A stretch of DNA of 64,000 nt from Rhizophagus irregularis (Eukaryota): positions 248,001-312,000 of the forward strand of contig NC_089429.1 in assembly GCF_026210795.1 (NCBI RefSeq). Direction: 5' to 3'. The position numbers and the translations under genes are program-made. The notes below the pieces were generated by a model, which saw only the letters and a program-made list of their open reading frames with translations, had not been told where the DNA came from and ran no database searches. This document shows positions 38,155-50,302 of this stretch, piece after piece; position 1 is the stretch's first letter, and every line of letters begins with the position of its first letter.

Positions 38155-38249
38155 TTAACAAAATAAAAAAAAGTAGTTAGTTTCTTTAAAATAAATAAAG
38201 AAACTTTTAAAAAAGGTTCAAAATAAACCATTTTAAAGCTTATTAATCG

Positions 38250-38770
38250 ATCCTATCATCCAGGATCCAGAAAGTTCAAAGAAGCCGATACCTAACAAAA
38301 AAAGATAAAAAAAATTAATAAAAAAAATAAAAAAAATTATAAAAAAAAGGTTTGAAGTAAAACGCTTTAAAACCTACTAATTTGATTCGCAGAAACTTAC
38401 TGATTTATTCCAAGATAAAGTCTGCTCCTACAAAGTAAAGAAAAAAAAAGAAATGTTAGAAAATATTTTCAATTGCAAAAAAAACTAAAAGTCGCAAAGT
38501 TCTTTGTGAAACTTACCAAAATCATCCTAAACTCGATACTAGAACCTACAAAAAAAAAAGAAAAAGAAATATTAGTAACATTTTTCAAAAAAAAACTAAA
38601 AAGTTTTGAAACCTTCGCTTCAAAACTTACAATATCCAAATCCGAAAGATCTGTAACAAAAGAATGAAACATTAATATGATATTATTTCTACAAAAATAA
38701 TAAAGGGTTTTGTTTACTCACTTGTAAACCAATGAGATCCAGTCAAAAACCCTCTAAAAAAAAGAATAAA
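38250..38770 (-). other. Microexon-like array (five segments)
   Basis: Minus-strand pattern TTTTAG|32 nt|GTGAGT, ACAG|20 nt|GTAAGT, GTAG|29 nt|GTAAGT, GTAG|27 nt|GTAAGT, TTAG|..., with TACTAAT and TCTAAC branch-like sites. Confidence 0.55.
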
Positions 38771-39567
38771 ACATCAATTAATGTTGAAAGAAATGATTTC
38801 AACCAGTGGTTAATAGGTCCGTCTCAGATTCTGTCAATTATAACTAAATGTTAAGAAGACAATAGTAGTTATAACATAGTTTATATTAGTAAGATATGTA
38901 AAAAACACAATACATAAAAATATAATACAATCCCATTTTATTTTTAATATAAAAGTTTATTAAATAATTAATATAAGTTAATTTTTAACTTATACTATCT
39001 AAACTTAACACATTTCGATCTTTTTATTTTTACCCACTTTAATCAAAAAAAATCCAAAGATATTTATATAAAATAAAATATAAGAAAAATAAAATAACTA
39101 AAAAAATAAGATATATAAAATAAATAAAATCAATAAGATAAATAAAAGAAATAATAAAAATAATAAAAATAACAATAATAATAATTGTAACATTACTAAT
39201 CAGATTTATAAAATTATTTAATTACATAATAATTGATCTACTAATTAATCATCTGATTTTCAAGTCATGTGATTTTTACTGCGCCATGATTTTCATTATC
39301 ATCAAAAAGCTTAAGGCTAGATTTGCATTATTAGAATAGGGTTCAGTAGTAGATATAATAGTGTTGTTATTTAATCAGATATAAAATTATGAAGAAGTAA
39401 TGTCAGTAGTGACAGTACTAACTGTTGATATATCTGACTTTATAATAAACTAATTCAACAATGAAGTAGGACGAGCACCTAGTAATCTTGATAATAATAA
39501 TGAAGAAATGGTTAATTTCTTGGATGATATGTATAAAAAAAATACAATTAGCACTGGTCAAAAACCA

Positions 39568-39806
39568 GGCAAACGTGGCATAGTAGCCTTTATCTTTATT
39601 AAATTTATTCGAACTTTACAATTTACAAAAAATAAAAAGAAAAATATAAAAATAAAACTAACTAAAAACAAAGCTATATAGTCTCCTAAGAAAAAATAAA
39701 GTAAAAAAAAAATTAATCTAAAAAAGAAAAATCGCATTACACTAAATTTTCCCAGATCTTCCCCCTTGATATATTCCAACCAAAGTAGAAGCAACAATGC
39801 TAACAA
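39568..39806 (-). mobile_element. Severely 5'-truncated LINE copy F (3' UTR only)
   Basis: Matches the LINE 3' UTR (2527 to about 2769). Flanked by ACTGGTCAAAAACCA at 39553-39567 and 39807-39821. Confidence 0.92.
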
Positions 39807-40099
39807 ACTGGTCAAAAACCAATATATCGGGTAGCAGATATGTATCAGATATGTACCCAATATGTGTAGTATTAATGCAGAAAATTGGGTACCCGATATG
39901 TGTAAGATATGTGTAAATATATATATCATATACATATCGGGTACTGATATGTATATGATATGTAAATGATATGTAGATGATATATATATTTACACATATC
40001 TTACACATATCGGGTACCCGATTTTCTGCATTAATACTACACATATCGGGTACATATCTGATACATATCTGCTACCCGATATATTGGTTTTTGACTAGT
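39807..40099. mobile_element. 293-bp palindromic CACTA-type MITE, copy 2
   Basis: Same length and near-same sequence as 10717-11009, with the asymmetric centre in the opposite orientation. The right end carries the variant GACTAGT. Confidence 0.88.
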
Positions 40100-40266
40100 A
40101 CCTGATATATTGGTTTTTGACCAGTAGTGACTAGTAGTAACTCTCTCCTGAATTTTTCAAAAACGAAAATTTCCGACGAAAATAATTTTTTTATTATTTT
40201 TAAAAATAATACAAGCTACTAATAAAATTTTATATTTTATATATTCCCAACTCAAAGCCCTCTACT

Positions 40267-42393
40267 ATGTCTGGTAACTATGCCAAGAGAGGCCGTGGAA
40301 GTCATAACCCTAACAGTAGGAAAGCTTCCCGTCAAGAACGAAAAAATAATAACAACTCCGATAATTCAAGCTCCGATGGTGAAAACACTATCCAGCAGAA
40401 ACGTAATCGTACGATTACCGAAAATTCTATGGAAGAAGACTACGTTGCCGATGACCAGACGGCTGACGTTGGAGTAGATGGACCTTCCTCTTCTCCTCAA
40501 CAAAATATCTCTGGCGAAAATACTTTGGCCTCCTCCCCGAAAAAATCTGCTGCGCCAACTGCGCCCAGTCACGTCGCGTCTTCTGGAAATGTGGACGCGT
40601 CCAGCTTTCGCACCTTCAAACAAAGACTTGCAACAACCCCCTAACGCGTCGCCCAATTTGGATACTTAATGTGCTCCTGATGGCGATCAAACCCCAGATC
40701 CAGTGGTGAGCTGCCATAACCAGAGATGATTTTCAGGCTGCAGCTGCGCCGAATGCTGCCCCTGAATCACTCAAGAAATTCCCTACCAATAAAGCCCGCT
40801 TATTGAGGCTGTGAATAACCTTTTCTTAGAAACGTACGAGTCATTCACTGGAAAAGCTCGTATGACAGGTTCTGGTGAGGCTAAACGCCTCGTTATCCAC
40901 TTCCATACCGCTGAAGCACGCGATCTGTGCATTGGTTCCTCTCATCCTGAGGTTCCCTGACTTGATTTTTCATGCCCATGACCCTCGCCAACTCCGATCC
41001 AATGAAGATCTCTGGGCTATCCAAGTTACCGATATCCCTTTCTTTATCAAAAAGGACAACCTCATGGCCTATTTCAAAAAATTTGGTAATATTACCTCTT
41101 GTCGCCTCTTCTCCAGGCCTAATGCTAAAGTCCAGCAAGCCCGTATTGTGTATGATCACGCCGATTCAATTGCTCGTTTTACCGACCAATGGGCTGTTTA
41201 CTGTTTCTCCACCTGTCTCCGAATTACTCCATGTTTCTATACTGTGGATCAAAAGGCTGCGCGCCGTCAATACGTTGCCACCCTCACTCAACTTCCTCCC
41301 AATGTTAAGGATATCAACTTGGCTCCTCTTACACGCGATCTTGGTGCAAAAGCTGTCAATGTTCCTCTTTCTTTAAATTCCTACAAACCCAAAAGATGGG
41401 GCCTATGTCACCTTCAACTCCCAAGAAACCATGGATGCTGCTATGGAACAGACTGTTAGCTTCCAAGGCAAAGTGCTTTTCTGGTCCTCCCCGATAATAC
41501 TAATAAACTTTGTCACAGATGTGGCAAACTAGGTTGTGCTCCTAATTTTTGCCCACTCAAACAAACCAGAGGTAGAAGCCGCACTCGTGACCCTGTTGCA
41601 AAACTCAAAGAACGATTCAATATTAATCAACCTCGCTCCAATTCTAATATTGCCAATGCACGTTCTCGCTCTCGATCTCGCTCCAAATCTAAAGATCGAT
41701 CTGCTTCCAATTCTGGACGAGCCAATAACGCTTCCCATGACCGCACTAATAATGATAATAGTAATCATAACAAACCCCCTCCCAATACTTCTCAACGTGC
41801 CCGCCATAATAGTAAAGAACGATCTGTCTCCTTTTCTTCCTCCTCTCGTTCTACAGCACGTCCCTTACCCCCCGACAAACTCCTAACTCTGCATTATCTC
41901 CTGATGATGCTAACAACATTCTAAACCTTTTACGAGAATTACAATGTGAAGTTGCTAACTTTCACAAACGCATCTCAGCTCTTGAACTTGCTGACCAACG
42001 GATGACTCGTATTGAATCACACCTTGGCTCGATCCACTCCCTATACCCAATGAACCTGAACCGGACCTCATGCAAGAAGATGCCCCTGTAACTCAAGTTC
42101 CTCTTAATATTCTGTCTTCCGCTAAATCTTCGCTGCCTCCCAAAAGTATTTTAACGCGACCTTCGCCTACATTCACTATTGTTCCTGACACATCACCTCC
42201 TTCTTCTCACCTTTCTCCAAATGCTCCTCCTTTTACTCCCATCTCCTCCACACAAGAAGAAATTAATGATCTCAAAAATAGTCGTGTCGCTATTGAAAGT
42301 AAATTGGACCAACTTACTGGTCATATCAAGCAATTCATTGGCTCCCTTGGTGGTGCTCCCCTGGAACAAGCTGATTCAGCTTCTTCCAATTAA
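40267..42393 (+). CDS. LINE ORF1 (RRM-like, Zn knuckle, RS-rich, coiled coil), frameshifted in this assembly
   Basis: MSGNYAKRGRGSH... through ...EQADSASSN*. Homologous to copies A and B. Confidence 0.85.
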
Positions 42394-42443
42394 TTTCTTT
42401 CTCCAAATTTTAACTCCCCGACTGTTTATATCATTGTGTTTTA

Positions 42444-45400
42444 ATGTCGGACAATAATTTTAATTATGATACCTTTGTACGAAACCCTCCCAACCCCGAC
42501 AATGTTACTGAAATTTTTTCGCATGAATCGTTATTTTCCTCTTCCAGTAACACTTCCCCTATCCCCAATTCATTTAATATTTCTTCCTTTAATGTTAATG
42601 GCCTTAAAATGTATGGTCAGACTAAATTAGAAGAAATTTCTACTTTCTTTTCCTTAAAACATATTTCCTTTGGTGGTATCGTGGATACCCATCTTCACCC
42701 TAAACAAATGAAGTTTTTATCCAAACGCATTTCTAATTATACTGTGTTCTCTTCTAATTTGGATACTTCTAAACAAATTCTCTCTTCTGGTGGTGTTTCT
42801 CTTTTTATAGAAAATTCCCTTGCTTCACATGTCCAAGATTTTAAATCCCATTCTTCACGGTTACTTTCTGTTGATTTATATTTCAAAGGCAATATTAAAT
42901 TGCGTATATTTGTTATTTATATCCCTCCCCCTGCTGAAAGTGTTCTGCGCACTGATACTATTGATTTGCTTATTCAACAACTTACCCTTACTAAACATGC
43001 TGGCTTTTACCATGCTGTTTGTGGCGATTTTAATATGCATTTAGACAAATATTACCCTATTTACTTCAATCAACCTCAAGTTGCTTCAAAACATATTCAC
43101 CGATTATTTTTTCATCTCCTCTCTCACGGATATGAAGACTATACTCCTGTTAATCTTTCCGACTCTTTAGGTACCTTTCATCGCAATGACCACATTACTC
43201 GAGTTGATTATGTATGGTCCTGCCCTCTTCTCAAAGGATTCGCTCTTACTGCTTGCATTTTTAATGCTCAAGATGTTTGCACATCTGATCATAACCCCGT
43301 CATAACATACTATGATATGTCTTTACTTTTTGCCTCTACCAAATTGGCTCGCGCTCGACAACTTAAGCGCCGAACCCGTCGCGTCTTCAAATTTGATTCT
43401 GTAACTGAAATTCAATGGACGGAATTTGCTGATAAAGCTGATGCTTTATGTGACGTCTCACCTTCAACCTTTTCCTCCTGGCATATCAATCAAATGTGCG
43501 AATATCTCCAATCACGAATTCTTAAAGCTGCCAACGCTACACTACCTTCTTCCACTGTTGGCAATAATTATACTCCTAAGGTTCCTAAAGATCTGGAAAT
43601 TTTAACCCAACATTATCGGTTTTTAAATCGCCTTATGCATTCAATACGTTTATTGCGCAAATATCCTTTAACTTATTCTGCCGCTCGGAACATAAGTGGT
43701 CTATTCATTTAATTAGACTTCAAAATATTTTGCAATTATATAAGAAAGTATTTACTTTCGTTCCTACTTTGCCCTCTTCTCTCTCATCATGTCGACAAGA
43801 TGATTTCAAGTCACTTCTTGATGATTTATCCAATATTTCAAAATCCTTGCGGGGATTTCATTTACTTCAAGAAAAAGAATTCCAAGATTCCTCCATTCGT
43901 GCTCATTTGGACGATAGGAACAATAATTTTGAAACCGACCTTTCCTCTTTCATTGATTCAGCGCTTTCTCGCACCCGCCGCCGTATCACTTTGGATCGTG
44001 TCTTTGTTGATCATCCCACTCACCCTCAGTTATTAACTGCTCCCAAGGATATAGACGATGCTGTTGTTAACCATTTCCAAAACTTTGTACCTATAAAATC
44101 CACTCCTCCTGTATCTGTAGATACATTACCTGATAGATGGTCTTCTGTTTACCAACCTATGGATGATGTGCCCTCCTCCATCTATGATTCTTTGATGAAT
44201 CCCCCTACCCTTGACGAATGGTTAACCTAATGCTCTTCTTCCTACTCCTAACGGTAAAGCCTCAGGTCCTTCCATGATCACTTATGAAATGCTCAAACAC
44301 CTTGGATCTTGTTCCTCGGCTCTACTCCTTATTTTAATTCAAGCTTGCCTTTCCAAAGCTGATATTCCTGACTTATGGCGACAGGCAATGGTTTTTCCCA
44401 TTCCCAAACCTCACGAATGGAAATGTCAATTGAAAAATACTCGTCCTATTACTTTACTTGAAGTGATTAGAAAATCTCTTGTCAAACTCTTTTATAATCG
44501 CCTTTCTACTATTATGGCTACACATGATGTTCTTAAAGGTGGTAACTTCGCTGGTCTTCCTGGTGGTTCTTGCCGCGACCCTATTATTACTCTAGAATCT
44601 ATTATCCATGATGCTGATGTCAACAAAAATCCACTTTGGATTCTCTCTCAAGACATTTCTAAAGCTTTTGACTCGGTTGATTTGACAATGTTACGTTTCG
44701 CTTTAGAACGAATACGTCTTCCAGCTTCTGCTATTAAGTTTATTCTTTCCCTTTTCACAAAACGTATTAATAGCGTTTTCACTGCTCATGGATCCACGCC
44801 TGCTTATAGGGTTCGCATTGGTATTGACCAAGGCGAAGTTATTTCTCCTCTCTTATGGGTTATTTATATTGATCCCTTACTTACTGTCTTAAAGCATGAA
44901 ATGATGGACCCTTATATTCTTTCTACACCATCCTTAATTGATTCTCCCAATCCTTCTTCTGATTTGAAGATTAATAATTTAGTATTTATGGATGACTCTA
45001 CTCTTATTTCCTCGTCGAAGACTGGCATGGAATTTATGTTATCCATTACAGAAGAATTCTATCAAATTAATAACACTTCTGCCAATCATAACAAATATGT
45101 GTTAATTACTAATTCATTGCCTTTGACTTCGAATTCCACTTTATCTCCTATTACTTTTAATTTAGCTTTATCTTCATTAAATAGTGTTCCTTCCATTACC
45201 ATTACCCCAATTTCTATGACAACTTCTTTTCGTTTTTTAGGTGTTTGGTTTAACATTAAAAGTTCCCGGGATTTTGTCAAGAAACAACTCAAACGTGAAT
45301 GCTGCTCCTTCGCTGCAACCATCCGCCCTGCAAAGCTCTCATCCAAACAAGTAGTTTATTTACATAATGCTGTCCTTATACCGAAACTTGAATACCGGAT

Positions 45401-48075
45401 GCAAGTTACTCACTTGTCTGAATCTGACTGCCACCTAATAACGAGAAGTATACGATCTGTTGTAAAGCACAAAGCAAATTTTTCTCGCTCTTTACCAAAT
45501 CCTATTTTATTTTTATCTCAAGCCTTGGGCTTGATAAATTTATTTGCTCATCAACGACAATGTCATATTACTAATTTATTTTTAATGGCTAATTCTTCCT
45601 TTTCTTTTATTCAATCTCTTTTTATTTATAGATTGAGTTTGATTCAATATAATTTTTTAATTCCTATTTCTCCCCTTTTAATTAAGGATTGGTCTATATG
45701 GTCTTCTCTTTTTCTTTTAAGAAAGATTATATCGCATGCACTATTGCTCTCTTATCCTCTACTCCTTTTCGTTTGCTTCATACTCAACTTTCGAAGCTTC
45801 CGAACCTGACTTTGATGGATGGACGCGTTCCCTTATTTGAATGCATGACACCTAAAGCGTTTAAAGCCTATTTCCCTATTTTGCGAAAACGGCATTTGTT
45901 TTATCTATCTCAGCTTGTTACTCCCCAAGGGACTCATTTAATTTCTTGGAAAGCCTACTATGACAATTTGGTTGGACGACGTGGCCCTGGCTGTATCCCT
46001 TATTGGTATAAAGATATCCAGCAAGCTACTACCATTCCTGATACCAACAATCGTTTGCTGAGCCAGTTCATTACTACGCCTACGATTGACTCTTCATTTT
46101 ATGAATTGACTCCTTGCCTGTCCTCTCCTACCACTACGAAAAATTGGATTGTCACGTTAGACGACTACGGTTCTCCCATCTTTGGCAAACAACTTTTAGT
46201 TCAAGCAAGTCGTGGTACTTGTTCTATTGTTCACTGGGTCTCTCCTGATTGTGAATCTTCGCCTGGTGATCTCATTAGACTCTCTCCTTGCCCTGGTTGT
46301 GCTGCTCATACTCCTTTGCCTCCTTCCAAAAAACGGAATGCTGATTTAACCCTTTGTACGCCTACGGTTTCTCTACAACATTCGCTTATTCTGCCCACCA
46401 TCAATGAGCGCATTAGACGTAATACTTCTGTAGTATCCTCTCCTTTTACCTGGGCTGATATAGAAGATGGTGTCCGTCTTTATTACAGTCGATTGGATTT
46501 TGATTTTGACTCTCCTCCTGACGATATTGTTGAAGTTTCCGCTCCTCTTATCACTATTGAATCCTCAGCTGCTGCTGTTTTTGCAAATTCGCCGTTGGTT
46601 GTGTCTTCAGACTCACGTTATATCTTTTTCACTGATGGGTCTCTTATTAATCTAGGCACTCCTAATGTTTCTATGGGCTGGTCTTGGATGCAAATCGTAC
46701 CTGATGCTGGTTTTCCTAATTCTATTGCTACTTATGCACATGGCATCATTCGAGATAATCCTTCTTCTTCTCGTGCTGAAGCTGCCGCTATTTACGCAGT
46801 TTTAACCATTTCTCCTCGCGACTCAGAAGTTACTATTTATACTGACTCGCAAACTGCGCCATTGATGGCCTTCAAGTTGCTCTTCCTATGTCTACTCAAA
46901 TAGCCGTCTTTACTACAAAACAACAAATTTTGAGCTTTGGGCCATTATTGAACGAACTATCCTTACCAAGAATTTGACAGTTCTTCCTGTTAAAGTTAAA
47001 GCTCATTCTGGCAATTATTTGAACGATTTTGCTGACTCCCTGGCCAATACTGCCCATACCGCATCATCCAGTATTTTGATTTCTGGAATGGACCTCGCTC
47101 TGCCCATGATTTCGTCTTGACTTACGACAATGACGCCGTTTGTGAATCTAATCCACGACACCTTCTTAAACAGTATTATCAAACGCAGTTAATGCGTAAT
47201 TTGTTAAATTTAACGCGATTTCACTTTATTTCTTTATTATTATCTAATATAGAATATATTGTCGACTGGGAACTTACTTGGTTTACCTTGAATTTCAAGC
47301 CTTCTCACGATGCATCTTTTACTCTCGAGCATGCTTCAAGACACTTAACCTTTAAATTCAAACTTTTCTTGGACGACTTACCCACATTGGAAAAGCTTAA
47401 GCGGACTCGACCAGACTTATACATGGACGAATTAACTTGCCGTTCTTGTATCGATCGTATGGAAGACCTGATGCACCTTTTTATGTGCAAAAAACGTCGT
47501 CTACCTATGCAACAAATTCTCCAATCTTATCAAAATCATTTGATTTCTAAAATGCAAGAAGCTGGAAAATTGGCTGATATTGATCCTACTCACTTTATTG
47601 CTAAACTAACTTCTCTTCATGCTGGTCCTTTTCTTCTACAAATTGGTCCTCTTACGCCGCCCTTGTCCGTGGTTGTTTACCTACACTTTTTATTGACATC
47701 TTAGTCGATTTGTCTATTCCAAGAATCTCTGCGATTAAGGTTATCGCTGCTATTCATAATAATTTTGTCCAAAAATTCAGAAAACGAATTTGGAATCCGC
47801 GTTCTTATGAGAAAAGTAGATGGGAAAACGCGATGAATATTACTTATAAGTTGAAAACTACTCCGAAGCCTTCTAATTTGCCATTGTCAACGTACATACC
47901 TTACTCATCTTTACCACCTCCGACCCTACACGATTCACGTGACTCCAGAACCGATTGGTTGAAGAACTCGATGAAATATGGTTTGCCTTGGTTTAATCAC
48001 TTTTCGGGTTTTATGGGTCGTCTAACGGTGCTACTTAATAACAGCTTTTGCAGGATGGAGTGTCAATTTCTATAG
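42444..48075 (+). CDS. LINE ORF2: APE endonuclease - reverse transcriptase - RNase H - Zn finger, frameshifted in this assembly
   Basis: APE: SFNVNGL, IVDTH, GDFN, RVDYVW, SDH. RT: RPITLLE, DISKAFDSV, GIDQGEVISP, FMDD, FRFLGV. RNase H: FTDGS, RAEAAAI, YTDSQ, KVKAHSG..NDFADSLA. Zn finger: CRSC..EDLMHLFMC. Confidence 0.92.
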
Positions 48076-48499
48076 TGGGCGCGCTATTCGTTATTTTGTT
48101 AGCATAGTTGCTTCTACTTTGGTTGGAATATATCAAGGGGGAAGATCTGGGGAAATTTAGTGTAATGCGATTTTTCTTTTTTAGATTAATTTTTTACTTT
48201 ATTTTTTCTTAGGAGACTATATAGCTTTGTTTTTAGTTAGTTTTATTTTTATATTTTCTTTTTATTTTTTTTGTAAATTGTAAAGTTCGAATAAATTTAA
48301 TAAAGATAAAGGCTACTATGCCACGTTTGCCTGGTTTTTGACTAGTGTAGAATGCATTTTTAAAAAAAAACTTATTTCATCACAATTAAAAATATTTTCA
48401 GAGCTGTAATTTTTCAATGTTTAATGAAAATTTTTACATACTGTATTGCATCAAAATCTTGAAATAGTACACTTGCTACTTCCCTATACATGTTATATA

Positions 48500-48668
48500 C
48501 ATGCTGCCCAAATTATTTTGGGATGCCATAATTATAATTTGGGATGCCATAATTCATTCAGTTTATATATAATTTACTATGTAAAGTGCCAAAATAATTT
48601 GGGATGCCATAATTGAATTTGGGATTTTACTTATAATTACAGCAGTTCAAAATAATTTGGGTGGCATG
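48500..48668. mobile_element. Small TA-flanked MITE-like palindrome
   Basis: CATGCTGCCCAAATTATTTTG / CAAAATAATTTGGGTGGCATG, with internal TTTGGGATGCCATAATT repeats. Confidence 0.6.
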
Positions 48669-48687
48669 TATAACATGTTATACTGCT

Positions 48688-50050
48688 TAGGGCTCTGATC
48701 GGTTTTGGTAACTACTGAATCGTACCGATCAGTTTTGGTATCAGAATGTTTTCAGTATTCTAATTTACTGAACTGAACCTTTTGGTAAATTTACCGATCA
48801 GTTTCAGTAATTTTGGTTTCAGTATTAGTTTTGCAATTTATCGAACTGATTTACTGAACTGAAACTTTTGGTAAATTTTGGTAGATTTTACCGATTAGTT
48901 TGGTAGATTTTACCATTCAATTTCAGTAAATTTACTGAATCGATTTACTGAATTTCACAAAACATTTATTAATAAAAAAAAATGTTGCACAACATTTTTT
49001 CTTTTAATGATTTTATAAAAATATTGTGAAACATTTTTTATTTGGCAATTTGATAAACAAAAGTTTTGCAACTAGAGCCCTGGGCTCTAATCATATTGAT
49101 AAGGATAACTGTAGTATTGTGGCAAAAATCTTAAAAAATAAAAGCGTCAAACTTGACGTTTTTATAATTTTTTTATTTAATTAATTAAAAACGTCAAACT
49201 TCGCGCTTTTTGATTAAAAAAAAAATTAAATGTTTTGGTTAAAAAATGCCGCACTTGACGTTTTTTAACTAATTTTATTAAAAAAATGTCAAAGTGCGAC
49301 ATTTTTAATAAAAATTTTTTTTTATTTTTTAGTTTAAAAACGTCTTACTTAACGTTTTTAACTAAGTTAATTTATTTTTTATTAAAAAAAACGTTAAAGT
49401 GCGATGTTTTTAATAAAAAATTATTTTTTTTTATTTTTTAGTTTAAAAACGTCGCACTTGATGTTTTTTAACTAAGTTAATTTATTTTTTTATTAAAAAA
49501 CGTTAAAATGCAGCATTTTTAATAAAAAAATAAATTAACTTAGTTAAAAAAATGTTAAGTGCGACGTTTTTTAACTAATTTAATTTATTTTTTATTAAAA
49601 AACGTCAAAGTGCGGTGTTTTTAATAAAAAAAATAAATTAACTTAGTTAAAAAACATCAAGTGCAACGTTTTCTAACTAATTTAATTTATTTTTTAGTTT
49701 AAAAATATCGCACTTGACATTTTATAACTAATGTAATTTATTTTTTATTAAAAAACGTTATACTTGACATTTTTTTAATCTAATTTAATTTATTTTTTAT
49801 TAAAAAACGTCAAAGCATGACATTTTTAATAAAAAAATACAATTTTTTTTTGATTTTTTAGTTTAAAAATGTCGCATTTGGTGTTTTTTAACTAATTTTT
49901 TTTTATTAAAAAAATGTCAAAGTACAACGTTTTTAATAAAAAATACATTTTTTTTTTATTTTTTAGTTTAAAAATGTCACACTTGGTGTTTTTTAACTAA
50001 TTAATTTTTTTTCTTATTAAAAAACGTTAAAGTACGATATTTTTTCTTTT
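48688..50050. repeat. Probable hAT left end plus AT-rich subterminal repeat array
   Basis: TAGGGCTCTGATC start (also at 36321) and ACTGAACTGA motifs. At 49140-50050 there are many AAAAACGTC(G/A)(C/A)ACTTGACGTTTTT-like hairpin units upstream of a BED-finger ORF. Confidence 0.55.
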
Positions 50051-50302
50051 CTTTTAACAATATTAATAATAAATTCTTTTTTTTTTAATCAAGAATATTA
50101 GTATTATTCTTCTCGCCACAAATCACATGATTGCAAAATCGCGCAATCTGCAATATTACGGAATTGATTTAATTACCAAATTTTTGCAGATCAATCTTAT
50201 CAATTTTAATCTTTTTTTTACATTTTTTTCATTTTTTTTTATTTTTAATATTAATTATATACTAATTTCTCTATAATAATAATAATAACTTTAATTACAA
50301 TA

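Larger units (their letters stand above)
40100..48331 (+). mobile_element. Full-length non-LTR retrotransposon copy D with a 26-nt MITE-derived 5' extension
   Basis: Flanked by TGGTTTTTGACTAGT at 40085-40099 and 48332-48346. Contains ORF1 and ORF2. No poly(A) tail. Confidence 0.95.
39552..48347. mobile_element. Composite: CACTA-type MITE expanded by LINE insertions in both TIRs
   Basis: TAG|CACTGGTCAAAAACCA ... TGGTTTTTGACTAGTG|TAG. The 3-bp TSD is at 39549-39551 and 48348-48350. Confidence 0.88.

Noticed and set aside
38739..38752. CCAGTCAAAAACCC, a partial match to the LINE target
   Set aside because: Only a 10-bp core matches and no insertion is present. It is probably chance.
39558..40044. 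Track ORFs of 125 aa and 100 aa
   Set aside because: They are read-throughs of the LINE 3' UTR and the low-complexity palindrome, with no protein features.
39552..48347. DIRS-like or LTR element with inverted terminal repeats
   Set aside because: No integrase or tyrosine recombinase is present. The long inverted ends come from two independent LINE 3' UTRs, each with its own 15-bp duplication.
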